From Bdellovibrionales bacterium (lineage in GTDB: Bacteria > Bdellovibrionota > Bdellovibrionia > Bdellovibrionales > DASUEL01), in the NCBI GenBank assembly GCA_050250255.1, contig JBFWOZ010000005.1, positions 1 to 64,000 of the forward strand: a stretch of 64,000 nt of DNA. Direction: 5' to 3'. The notes beneath the pieces were generated by a model, which worked only from the letters and a program-made list of their open reading frames with translations, searched no databases and was not told the DNA's origin. The position numbers were made by a program, and so were the translations under genes. Numbering within the stretch: position 1 is the first letter of the stretch; each line of letters begins with the position of its first letter. Below are positions 55,513 through 64,000 of this stretch, in pieces.

Positions 55513-55969
55513 ACTTCTCCAAAAGGACCGTCCAGAGATCTTTGTCTTAAGACGTAGATACCAGTCGGAGTGCGGATTTCAGGACTGAAGTGGGCAATTT
55601 GACCCTCTAAAGTCTCGTCGAAGATAAGCACTCGCCACCAAAGTCCGACAAAAAATCTGGACCTTCAACGAGAGCATTACGCTGTGTGCTTTGTTTCAAA
55701 AGGACCTAGACTAGCCCAATTGTTTAACCCGAACTCCTCCATGAGATTCCATCAAGTATAGAACTGTTCGATGATCTCTTCACGAAGAGGGCAAATATTG
55801 AAAATGCTAGACGAATTCGAAATTAATCTCAGAGCGAGACAAGCCAAGTCTGCAGAAAATTTAACTATTTTTTAAAACGTAATTTGAAAAAAAATATTCT
55901 CACTAGAACATCAACACTCTGAAGAACAATTCCTCTCAACGCGATTTCAATCAGTTTAATGTTGAATCC

Positions 55970-56821
55970 TTACGGCGTTTGCAGAAAACGTGCAACCTCA
56001 CGATTGTCACGATCACAATGTTTGCCCGTACGGCGCACCCAAGTCATAGAGGGCACGCGAGCCTCTTGAGCAAGACGCGCAAAGCTTTCGCTCCCTTCAA
56101 AAAAGCCAAATTCATCGGTGTCGCCACAGGTAATATAAAGAGGAGGAGTTTGGGCTCCTAACTTCGTCTTCGCTAGTAACAAAGGGTTGGACTGATCCCA
56201 ATCCTCTTTATCCTTGTGAAAAATTCTCTGCATAAACATACCCCACCAAATATTCGATTTTTTTGCGCCACTTCTCGTGAGGAATTCTTGCACTTCCTCT
56301 TTTTTAGCAAATGGTGAGAGAGGCAAAATCGCTGGACATGCTAGCACTACTTTGTCGAAAAGCTCTGGCTTCTTCATCACAAGTTGAGTCGCGTTGAAAC
56401 CACCCATAGACATTGAGAGAATTAATCTTCGCCCAGTCACTCCACCCATTTTCGTTTCTAAAAATGGCATTATGCCGTCTATAAAATAGTCGAAGAGACT
56501 ACTCGTAGATTTTTTATTTTTCTCAGCCAAAATCCAAATGGGGCCAAAATTGATCGACACCACTCGGGGCATTGGAATCCCCATAGCTCTCCACTCGGCG
56601 CGAAACTCTTTCCACTTTTTCAAGTATTCTTTTTCGTTCCCACCGGCGCCGTGAAAATAATAAATCACATCAGGATTGTTACTGGTGATTTGGGAGTGAA
56701 TACAATAAGCAAACTTCTTATTAAGACTAAACCATTCACACGTTGAATGAATATCTGAATCTTCACCAGCAAAAACAAATGAATTTAAGAAGAATATGGC
56801 AAGAAAAAGTCCCCATTTCAC
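55970..56821 (-). CDS. Secreted alpha/beta-hydrolase (putative esterase)
   Basis: Signal peptide; YYFHGAGG, nucleophile elbow SMSMGG, CGDTDEFGF and GKH. GTG 56821 fits the GAGG SD better than 56827. Confidence 0.82.
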   Translation of the reverse strand: MKWGLFLAIFFLNSFVFAGEDSDIHSTCEWFSLNKKFAYCIHSQITSNNPDVIYYFHGAGGNEKEYLKKWKEFRAEWRAMGIPMPRVVSINFGPIWILAEKNKKSTSSLFDYFIDGIMPFLETKMGGVTGRRLILSMSMGGFNATQLVMKKPELFDKVVLACPAILPLSPFAKKEEVQEFLTRSGAKKSNIWWGMFMQRIFHKDKEDWDQSNPLLLAKTKLGAQTPPLYITCGDTDEFGFFEGSESFARLAQEARVPSMTWVRRTGKHCDRDNREVARFLQTP

Positions 56822-56895
56822 ACGCACCTCATATCTCTATTTTAAAAAGAGGTGAGGTGCATCACAAGGACAGTTTTGAGAAAGCCGACTCGGCT

Positions 56896-59487
56896 TTAAT
56901 CTACATCCTCTATATGGATTTCATTGTTTTTGATGACGAAATGGACTTTATCCCCAGCAATGGTTTCGTGAGAAATCACCTTCTTTGCGAGATGGTTCAG
57001 TATGTGTGTTTGAATCGCTCGCTTGAGGGGACGGGCTCCATAAACAGGATCAAAGCCCACGTTCGCGAGGTAGTTATATACTTCCTCATCAAAGAAGAGG
57101 TGAATATTTTTTTCTGCCAACCGTTCAGTGGCCTTTTGTACCTGAATCTTCACGATGTCTTTAATAATCTCTTTTTCTAGAGGGTGGAAAATCACGGTCT
57201 CATCAATACGGTTGAGAAACTCTGGCCGGAAATGAGTTTTCACGGCCTCAAGCACAGCACTTTCTTTTTGCTTCGCTGTAAGCGCTTCGTTTACGAGACT
57301 TTGTGATCCGAGATTAGAAGTCATAATCAAAACGGTGTTTCGGAAATCAACCGTGCGCCCCTGCCCGTCTGTCAAACGGCCATCATCTAAAACCTGCAAG
57401 AGAACATTGAATACGTCGGGATGTGCTTTTTCAATTTCATCAAAAAGAACAACGGCGTAAGGGCGGCGGCGTACCACTTCTGTGAGCTGCCCACCTTCAT
57501 CGTAACCTACGTATCCCGGAGGTGCACCGATCAAACGAGAAACCGAGTGTTTCTCCATATATTCGCTCATATCAATTCGCACGAGAGCTTGTTCGGTATC
57601 AAAAAGGAATTCTGCTAAACCTTTTGCCGTCTCAGTTTTCCCTACACCCGTAGGTCCTAAAAATAAAAAGCTACCAATAGGCCGGTTCGGGTCTGATATT
57701 TCCGCGCGTGATCTGCGAACGGCATCGGCTACCAAGCGAAGAGCGTGGTCTTGACCTACAACTCTTTTGCTCAAAGCTTTTTCCATTTCTAAAAGTTTTT
57801 GAGCTTCGGCTTCTAACATTTTACTGACAGGGATACCCGTCCATTTCGAAACCACTTCCGCGATTTCTTCAGGCCCTACTTCTTCTTTCAACATCGATTT
57901 TTTGTCGGCACCCTGACGTACCACTAAGCGCTGGTTTGATTCGGCTAATTTTTTTTCTAAAGCGGGGAGCTTTCCGTACTTGAGCTCTGCAGCTTTTTCC
58001 AGCTCACCGTGACGCTCGGCTTTTTCAATTTCTCCACGTAAAGTTTCAATTTGTTGTTTATATTCTTTTAAGCCAACAATATCTGCTCGTTCAGCTTCCC
58101 ACTGAGCGCGCAACTGATGCGCTTCTTCTTGAAGGTCGGCAATTCGCTGTTCAAGGTGCGTCAGTTTGTCTTTAGAGCCGTGGTCACTTTCGCGCTTCAA
58201 GGCTTCCCGCTCAATTTGCAAATGAATGAGCTTGCGTTCAATTTCATCAATTGCAACCGGAATGCTCCCAATCTCGATACGGAGTTTGCTGGCGGCTTCA
58301 TCCACAAGATCAATCGCTTTGTCTGGTAAAAAACGCGAAGTGATGTAGCGATTCGATAAAGCGGCCGCCGATACAAGAGCTGAATCGGTAATTCGAACGC
58401 CATGATGAACTTCATATTTTTCTTTAAGCCCGCGCAGAATGGTAACGGTATCTTCCACACTTGGTTCTTTGACAATCACGGGCTGGAACCGACGCTCCAG
58501 TGCCGCATCTTTTTCGATATATTTTCTATATTCATCTAAAGTCGTCGCGCCGATACAACGCAAGTCGCCACGTGCAAGCGCTGGTTTTAAGAGCTGGCCC
58601 GCATCCATAGCTCCATCGGCTTTACCGGCTCCCACAAGCGTGTGAAGCTCATCGATAAAGAGAATCATCTCCCCTTCACTGGAGGTCACTTCTTTAATAA
58701 CCGCCTTTAAACGATCTTCAAATTCTCCGCGATATTTTGCGCCTGCGATCAAGGCACCCATATCAAGAGACAAAAGTTTTTTATTTAAAAGAGTGTCAGG
58801 TACATCGTTTTTTATAATTCTTAAAGCCAGGCCCTCCGCAATGGCCGTTTTTCCCACACCAGGTTCACCAATTAAGACAGGATTGTTTTTTGTTCTTCGT
58901 GACAAGACCTGTACGACACGACGAATTTCTTCATCGCGACCAATCACGGGATCTAATTTATTGTTAGCCGCAAGCTCAGTTAAGTCGCGCGCATATTTTT
59001 TGAGGACTTCATATTTAGCTTCAGGGTGATCGTCAGTGACCTTTTGATTACCTCGCATCGTCTTGAGGACAGGTTCTACTTTTTCCCGCGAGAGCCCTAC
59101 TTCCTGCAACATTTTTTTACCATCAGCAGTAGGGGCATGAAGAAAAGCTAAGAGAATATGTTCAGTGGAAATGTAGGAATCCCCCATCAGCTTGGCTTCT
59201 TCCTCCGCCCGGCGCAAAATTTTAGCGGCTTGTGAACTTAAACCCACTTTCGAAGACTCACCCGAAGCTCGAGGGAGGCGATCTAGTTGTTTCTGGAGGG
59301 TTTGTTTTAATGTTGAAAGCTGCCCACCCGATCTTTCAATCAAGCTCGGCACAATGCCCTCAGACTGCTCTAATAAAGCGAGGAAAAGATGCTCCGGTTC
59401 AACCACAGGATTCTGCAAAGATTCCGCAGTTTGCACAGCCGTATTGATGACTTCTTGGCTCTTTTGCGTCAACTTGTCTAGATTCAT
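56896..59487 (-). CDS. clpB: ATP-dependent chaperone ClpB
   Basis: Two AAA+ modules ([16 protein letters not shown]) and a coiled-coil M-domain (AAELKYG). Confidence 0.98.
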   Translation of the reverse strand: MNLDKLTQKSQEVINTAVQTAESLQNPVVEPEHLFLALLEQSEGIVPSLIERSGGQLSTLKQTLQKQLDRLPRASGESSKVGLSSQAAKILRRAEEEAKLMGDSYISTEHILLAFLHAPTADGKKMLQEVGLSREKVEPVLKTMRGNQKVTDDHPEAKYEVLKKYARDLTELAANNKLDPVIGRDEEIRRVVQVLSRRTKNNPVLIGEPGVGKTAIAEGLALRIIKNDVPDTLLNKKLLSLDMGALIAGAKYRGEFEDRLKAVIKEVTSSEGEMILFIDELHTLVGAGKADGAMDAGQLLKPALARGDLRCIGATTLDEYRKYIEKDAALERRFQPVIVKEPSVEDTVTILRGLKEKYEVHHGVRITDSALVSAAALSNRYITSRFLPDKAIDLVDEAASKLRIEIGSIPVAIDEIERKLIHLQIEREALKRESDHGSKDKLTHLEQRIADLQEEAHQLRAQWEAERADIVGLKEYKQQIETLRGEIEKAERHGELEKAAELKYGKLPALEKKLAESNQRLVVRQGADKKSMLKEEVGPEEIAEVVSKWTGIPVSKMLEAEAQKLLEMEKALSKRVVGQDHALRLVADAVRRSRAEISDPNRPIGSFLFLGPTGVGKTETAKGLAEFLFDTEQALVRIDMSEYMEKHSVSRLIGAPPGYVGYDEGGQLTEVVRRRPYAVVLFDEIEKAHPDVFNVLLQVLDDGRLTDGQGRTVDFRNTVLIMTSNLGSQSLVNEALTAKQKESAVLEAVKTHFRPEFLNRIDETVIFHPLEKEIIKDIVKIQVQKATERLAEKNIHLFFDEEVYNYLANVGFDPVYGARPLKRAIQTHILNHLAKKVISHETIAGDKVHFVIKNNEIHIEDVD

Positions 59488-59565
59488 GACAGCCTCTTAC
59501 TCCAAATGCTTTGAGTTCTTTCGTCAATGACCATAATTCATGTGGTCAAATACTAGTTGAATTTA

Positions 59566-59593
59566 AGATGGGTTCTCATTAATAAAAGTCAAT
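59566..59593 (-). promoter_or_regulatory. Sigma32-like heat-shock promoter of clpB
   Basis: Minus strand ATTGACT-N13-ACCCATCT versus consensus CTTGAAA-N13/14-CCCCATNT. Confidence 0.55.
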
Positions 59594-59807
59594 GGCCAAA
59601 CAGGGTATATATCTTGATCCTATTCATCCCACTGATTTTCTTAAATTAAACATCACTTTTTATTGTGAACAGTGCTCTCACTACGATCCCGTAAACGATA
59701 AATGTACAATGGGATATAATCCCCAAAATCACAAAAAAGAAGTACAGATGAAAACTTATGAAATCAGCGGTCGCGTCGCTTTTTGCCGGCATATGGAAAT
59801 TGATTAA
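59592..59807 (+). CDS. Small Cys/His-rich hypothetical protein
   Basis: 71 aa with CEQCSH...C...H...C; ends 2 nt before the hydrolase start. Confidence 0.7.
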   Translation: MAKQGIYLDPIHPTDFLKLNITFYCEQCSHYDPVNDKCTMGYNPQNHKKEVQMKTYEISGRVAFCRHMEID

Positions 59808-59809
59808 AA

Positions 59810-60721
59810 ATGTTGGAGTGGGTTCTTCCTTTTTCTTTGTTGATTTTTCTTCTTCTTGTTGTGGGTTTTTATACGCAAAAGAAAACATTAGCACCAAGCT
59901 CCTCAACACCCCAACAGCCTACCGACACTACAAGTTTTTTAGAAATTAAAGATTTTAAAGTTTTCTATCAGCAAGCAGGAAGTGGCCCAGATGTTCTCCT
60001 TCTTCATGGAATTGGTGCCTCCTCCTATACGTGGAGACTCCTGCTCCCGCTCTTAAGCCGTCACTACCGTGTGACCGCCGTAGATTTGCCAGGCTTTGGT
60101 AAATCCACAAAGAATGTGTCGGTCTCTTATGGTTTAGACGCTCAAGTCGAACGGTTGATTGAAATCATGGATCGCTTAAGGATCTCTCAAGCTCACCTTG
60201 TTGGAAGCTCTATGGGCGGAGCCATTGCTCTCTGGCTCGCGAGAAAGTATCCTGAGCGCGTCCTTCATCTTGCCCTGATTTCGCCTGCCGCCTCTCAGGG
60301 ACTTGTGCATTATGATTTTTTTAAGCACGCTCGCATCGGGACCTGGGTCACACCTTTCGTCGGCCCTCGAATTGGTCGGCGTATTCTCAATTACGTTTAC
60401 CATGACCGAAATCTCATTACCGCCGAGACTGTCGAAAAGTATATGGAACCATATATGACAGATCCCGCGAGTGTTGTGACTTTCATCAAGGCGGTCGAAG
60501 CGCTTCGTGACGCAAGACTCCCCATCGATCTTTCACAAATTCAATGCAAAGTGGCCCTGTTGTATGGAGAACAAGATCTTGTGATTCGAAAAAAACACAT
60601 GGAAAAAGTTCGCTCCTCTTTTGTAGCAGCTCCACAATATTTTTCGCACCCAACCCTTGGACATCACCCCATGGAAGAAGATCCACAGTGGGTTTTTGAG
60701 TGTCTGCGCACATTTTTTTAG
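59810..60721 (+). CDS. Membrane-anchored alpha/beta-fold hydrolase
   Basis: LLHGIG, DLPGFG, GSSMGG, GEQD and GHHPMEE. Confidence 0.92.
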   Translation: MLEWVLPFSLLIFLLLVVGFYTQKKTLAPSSSTPQQPTDTTSFLEIKDFKVFYQQAGSGPDVLLLHGIGASSYTWRLLLPLLSRHYRVTAVDLPGFGKSTKNVSVSYGLDAQVERLIEIMDRLRISQAHLVGSSMGGAIALWLARKYPERVLHLALISPAASQGLVHYDFFKHARIGTWVTPFVGPRIGRRILNYVYHDRNLITAETVEKYMEPYMTDPASVVTFIKAVEALRDARLPIDLSQIQCKVALLYGEQDLVIRKKHMEKVRSSFVAAPQYFSHPTLGHHPMEEDPQWVFECLRTFF

Positions 60722-60895
60722 TCTTTTCTCTCCCAGTCCCTTGGCGAGTTCGTCAAAAAAAATGAATGATCGTCCAGTTTCTCTCCTCGTTCATCGTCGA
60801 GGAAAACAGGGTTTTTCGTCGAGAAATAATCACTAAGGTCTGACAGACTCGACGAGGCCTTCGACTAAATCGTACAGACCTGGGCCTTTATACCG

Positions 60896-60922
60896 TCAAG
60901 AATCCAACTCTCGTCCCGAGAA
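60896..60922 (+). promoter_or_regulatory. Sigma28 (FliA)-like promoter of the flagellin
   Basis: TCAAG-N14-CCCGAGAA versus the TCAAG-N14-GCCGATAA type consensus. Confidence 0.55.
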
Positions 60923-61177
60923 GTTTGTTGTAGGTTGAATTGCTCGAGACAAGTTTTCTCTCAAGCACTTCACAAAAGAAAAATCTCATCGTTGAAAGGA
61001 GGATCATCAAGGATGACGAGAACAAAGTAGTAGAACGTTGACTGAATGTTTACCGCAAGAATGCGGATGTACTCAAACTAAGGCTAGGATGCCGACCCAA
61101 TAAAGGGTTTTTTCAAGGAAGGGACTTTTATATGAAATTAACTAACTAATTTAACGTTTTTTAAAACGGAGGATAAA

Positions 61178-62011
61178 ATGGGAATGCGAGTAACAACAAA
61201 CGTAAGTGCGATCAATGCACAACGTAATTTGGTGAATAGCCAAAATCAAATCCAGAACTCTTTCGCTCAATTGTCGAGCGGAAGTCGTATCAATAAGTCT
61301 GCAGATGATGCTGCAGGTTTAGCAATCTCTGATGGCCTACAAGCTCAAATCAGATCAGCTAGACAAGCTAACAGAAACGCTAACGACGGTATCTCTATGA
61401 TTCAAGTCGCAGAGGGCGGTCTTTCTGAAATCAGCAACATCGTTACACGATTAAGAGAACTTGGTATCCAAGCTTCTTCTGATACAGTGGGCGATCGTGA
61501 ACGTTCTTTCATCGATAAAGAGGTTCAAGCGTTGAAGTCAGAAGTTCAGCGTATCGCAAGCGTAACAACATGGGGCACAACAAAGCTTTTGGATGGAACT
61601 ACTCCAAACTTTGATTTCCAAGTTGGTATCTTTAACAACGATTTCGAAGATAGAATCACATTTGCTGCTAGCGAAAACGTTGCTACAGTTGACTCTCTAG
61701 GTATCTCAGGACTCGATTACAACAATAAAGAGGGCGCTCAAATGGCACTTCAATCTCTTGATGAATCGATCCTAAAAGTGAACCAGATGCGCTCTAACTT
61801 CGGTGCTTTACAAAACCGATTGCAGTCTACATCTGCTAACTTAGGAGTTGCTGAAGAGAATTTATCAGCTGCTAACAGCCGTATCCGTGATACAGACGTA
61901 GCTCGCGCTTCTTCTGAACTCACTCGTAACAACATCTTGTTACAAGCTGGTACTGCAACTCTTGCTCAAGCCAACCAAGTTCCAAGCCTAGCTTTGAAAT
62001 TGATTGGTTAA
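61178..62011 (+). CDS. fliC: Flagellin (short, D0/D1 domains only)
   Basis: LSSGSRINKSADDAAGLAIS, GALQNRL and SRIRDTD; 277 aa. Confidence 0.98.
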   Translation: MGMRVTTNVSAINAQRNLVNSQNQIQNSFAQLSSGSRINKSADDAAGLAISDGLQAQIRSARQANRNANDGISMIQVAEGGLSEISNIVTRLRELGIQASSDTVGDRERSFIDKEVQALKSEVQRIASVTTWGTTKLLDGTTPNFDFQVGIFNNDFEDRITFAASENVATVDSLGISGLDYNNKEGAQMALQSLDESILKVNQMRSNFGALQNRLQSTSANLGVAEENLSAANSRIRDTDVARASSELTRNNILLQAGTATLAQANQVPSLALKLIG

Positions 62012-62032
62012 TTAATAAATAGTCAAAGATTG

Positions 62033-62063
62033 TGGCGTAAGTGGAAACACTTACGCCATTTTT
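62033..62063 (+). terminator. Intrinsic terminator of the flagellin
   Basis: TGGCGTAAGTG-GAAA-CACTTACGCCA-TTTTT. Confidence 0.9.
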
Positions 62064-62118
62064 GTCCCGTCCTTCCGTTTTACTCGAATACCTCCAGTTG
62101 ATCGGAGGTATTCACTTC
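62060..62118 (+). repeat. 59-bp direct repeat, copy 1 (contains a 10-bp hairpin)
   Basis: TTTTGTCCCGTCCTTCCGTTTTACTCGAATACCTCCAGTTGATCGGAGGTATTCACTTC. Confidence 0.92.
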
Positions 62119-62372
62119 TTGAGATATGAGCTGCTCAAACTCGCAACAATTTTTTCGTCAAAAACTTCGACAGCCCCAACCGTGCCCCTTCCAGTCACCT
62201 AAAAATACTTAAAATTGAGGTCTGCGGCACTCCTTTACCCTCAGTGCCTATAAAATCATTAGAGATCTGTGGAATACTTCTTGTAGTTAGAATCACCATA
62301 TCAGTTCGATATTGCCTGGAAATAGTTTCCAACAAATTTTCGAACGGAATCGGATCAACCACGGGATCACTT

Positions 62373-63047
62373 ATGCAAACTATTGGGCTAAAAATAATGA
62401 GTATTATAGCGATGATTTTACTTCTTGAAGATTCTGGGTGGGCTCAGTATACACCGCAGACCTACGCTACCGCGGCCCACACCCGAGGACGATTAATCAC
62501 CGCATCCGCACATGACCACCAAATTCTTTTACTGGAACATAGTACCGCAGAACTCTCTAAGTTTAAGCAGTATGCTTTTTTTGGAATACGAGATATCGAG
62601 AACGGTCTGCGAAGACAAGTCTTCGGCTTTAGAAAAGTAGGCGCTAATCTAGTTGAATCTGAATTGATGACAGAGCTCACTCGCGCATCTCCTCATGAAT
62701 CTAGTTTTGATGGCTACTTTTTTTCTGAAGGCGGAAAAAAAGGTGAACCCGTTCTTATGAAGTCTCTGGGAGACCCTGACTTTAGCGGAAGCTATTCCAT
62801 CTTTTTCTCCAATCGCAAAATCGCACGCAACGAAACCGGAGATGCTCGTCGGTACGAATCTCTAGATCTTCTCCTTGCAGAAGGACGTGACGGCAGACAC
62901 CATCCTATCTACTTGGATCCCAAATCACTTACACCTATCAATTCAGACTCAAACATTGAAAAACAGAGCTTTTACTCATGGCTGAGAAGGCAAAAACTCT
63001 CAGGACCTAAAGCCACTAAAGGTAAATGTGCTATTCTTCATTACTGA
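62373..63047 (+). CDS. Hypothetical, probably secreted protein
   Basis: ATG 62373 gives a signal-like N-terminus (MQTIGLKIMSIIAMILLLEDSGWA-Q). No recognisable family. Confidence 0.6.
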   Translation: MQTIGLKIMSIIAMILLLEDSGWAQYTPQTYATAAHTRGRLITASAHDHQILLLEHSTAELSKFKQYAFFGIRDIENGLRRQVFGFRKVGANLVESELMTELTRASPHESSFDGYFFSEGGKKGEPVLMKSLGDPDFSGSYSIFFSNRKIARNETGDARRYESLDLLLAEGRDGRHHPIYLDPKSLTPINSDSNIEKQSFYSWLRRQKLSGPKATKGKCAILHY

Positions 63048-63083
63048 CTCAGCTAAAAAATGTTTTGCGTAACAACAAACGTA

Positions 63084-63142
63084 TTTTGTCCTGTCCTTCC
63101 GTTTTACTCGAATGCCTCCAGATGATCGGAGGTATTCACTTC
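63084..63142 (+). repeat. 59-bp direct repeat, copy 2
   Basis: TTTTGTCCTGTCCTTCCGTTTTACTCGAATGCCTCCAGATGATCGGAGGTATTCACTTC; three mismatches to copy 1. Confidence 0.92.
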
Positions 63143-63172
63143 AACGATGCCTCTCTAGCCTCCACTATTGTT

Positions 63173-63188
63173 TGGCTCACATTTTGCA
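63173..63188 (+). promoter_or_regulatory. Sigma54 (-24/-12) promoter
   Basis: TGGCTCACATTTTGCA has GG and GC exactly 10 nt apart. Confidence 0.6.
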
Positions 63189-63200
63189 ATTTCTAACAGA

Positions 63201-64000
63201 ATGCGCTGGCTCTTACTTACTTTTTTATATTTATCAATAGCTCAAGCTCATGCAACTCCACTCTCTTGTGGTGGCCTAAGCGGAGAAGACTATAGTCGTT
63301 TTTTTCGTAACAGTTCTACATTAGCTACAAAAAAAACTTATATTCCCAATATGTTAGAAGTTGAAGCCTATTTTAAGGAATGGCTTCTCAGCGAAAATAC
63401 AAGCCAAACCTTTAAAGAGATGTTTTTTCAACTCCATCACCTGGCTGCAAATGGAAGCTCCGGCCGTTCCACCTACCGCCCACCTAAATCCCCTCCCAAT
63501 ATGAGGATAGGAGAAAAAAGGCAAGTCGCTCCTGTTCATTTAATTTTTGATCAAACGGTCATTAAAGAAATTCTTAAGTTAACAAGTCTAGAATGGAGAA
63601 CTGATAGAGACGCCATCTATAGAATAAAATTGAGAGAGCCCCCTCCTGTCCTCCCCACTTTTTTTGCTCGTGGCGAAAAGCCCAATCGTGTCGGCCAAAT
63701 TGAAATGGTTCATGCGATGGATCATGAATTAGAAGCCATTCACTCCAAAATGTCACATTTGCTTTCGGAAATTCGTTTAGATCTACAGCAGAAAAAACCA
63801 ACGCGCACTGTGCTTGAAAAACTCGCTTACTACTACCAACTTGGTTGTTTCGCACACACCTTTGAACGTATTAATAATTCTATATTAATGGCTCAGGTGA
63901 ATGTTGTGCTCTCCTTACTTAGTATAACGCCGATCCCCCATGGTAATATGGATATGATTATGCGGTCAGTAGATACCGATAAGGCGACGGAATATTTTTT
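63201..64000 (+). CDS. Secreted protein with variant Fic/Fido-like motif (runs off the window)
   Basis: Open for 266 codons to the window end and absent from the ORF track. Signal MRWLLLTFLYLSIAQAHA; YYQLGCFAHTFERINNSILMAQVN. Confidence 0.7.
   Translation, partial: MRWLLLTFLYLSIAQAHATPLSCGGLSGEDYSRFFRNSSTLATKKTYIPNMLEVEAYFKEWLLSENTSQTFKEMFFQLHHLAANGSSGRSTYRPPKSPPNMRIGEKRQVAPVHLIFDQTVIKEILKLTSLEWRTDRDAIYRIKLREPPPVLPTFFARGEKPNRVGQIEMVHAMDHELEAIHSKMSHLLSEIRLDLQQKKPTRTVLEKLAYYYQLGCFAHTFERINNSILMAQVNVVLSLLSITPIPHGNMDMIMRSVDTDKATEYF

Noticed and set aside
55513..55969. Hidden gene or ncRNA in the 457-nt gap upstream of the CsgG-like cluster
   Set aside because: Only very short ORFs, and no convincing structure or promoter seen; probably regulatory but unsupported.
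59488..59591. CIRCE (HrcA) operator before clpB
   Set aside because: No TTAGCACTC-N9-GAGTGCTAA; the inverted repeat present has different arms.
60722..61177. c-di-GMP riboswitch in the flagellin leader
   Set aside because: The GEMM core (GGCAAAC...GAAA...GACGCAAAG) was not found by eye. A covariance-model search would be needed to exclude it fully.
62060..63142. CRISPR array or integron attC interpretation of the 59-bp repeats
   Set aside because: There are only two copies ~1 kb apart, no cas or intI gene in the window, and no RYYYAAC/GTTRRRY ends.

Overview
Chromosomal window most consistent with a Bdellovibrionota (Bdellovibrio-like) bacterium, judged from the TIGR02147 HTH gene, the short 277-aa flagellin and deltaproteobacteria-like ribosomal proteins. 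The centre (9.6-40.8 kb, minus strand) is one uninterrupted translation/transcription supercluster: four tRNAs, tuf, rpmG, tRNA-Trp, secE, nusG, rplKAJL, rpoBC, rpsLG, fusA, then the S10, spc and alpha clusters. It lacks rplX (uL24), a tuf after fusA, map and infA, and its EF-G is divergent. The left flank has the left end of an IS3-family element, a TIGR02147 regulator with a lipoprotein, an OPT transporter, rarD, manC, rfbA, a chalcone-isomerase-like protein and a TlpA. The right flank has ntrY-ntrX(degenerate AAA+)-proS-pyrF-rlmB, a riboflavin operon, a three-gene secreted cluster (two CsgG/FlgT-like paralogues, one fused to an apparently dead subtilase domain, plus a 5'-nucleotidase), clpB, two hydrolases and a flagellin. 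After the flagellin, two 59-bp hairpin-containing direct repeats each precede an orphan secreted-protein gene, and the second gene has a variant Fic motif. All calls come from reading the sequence by eye; no searches were run.
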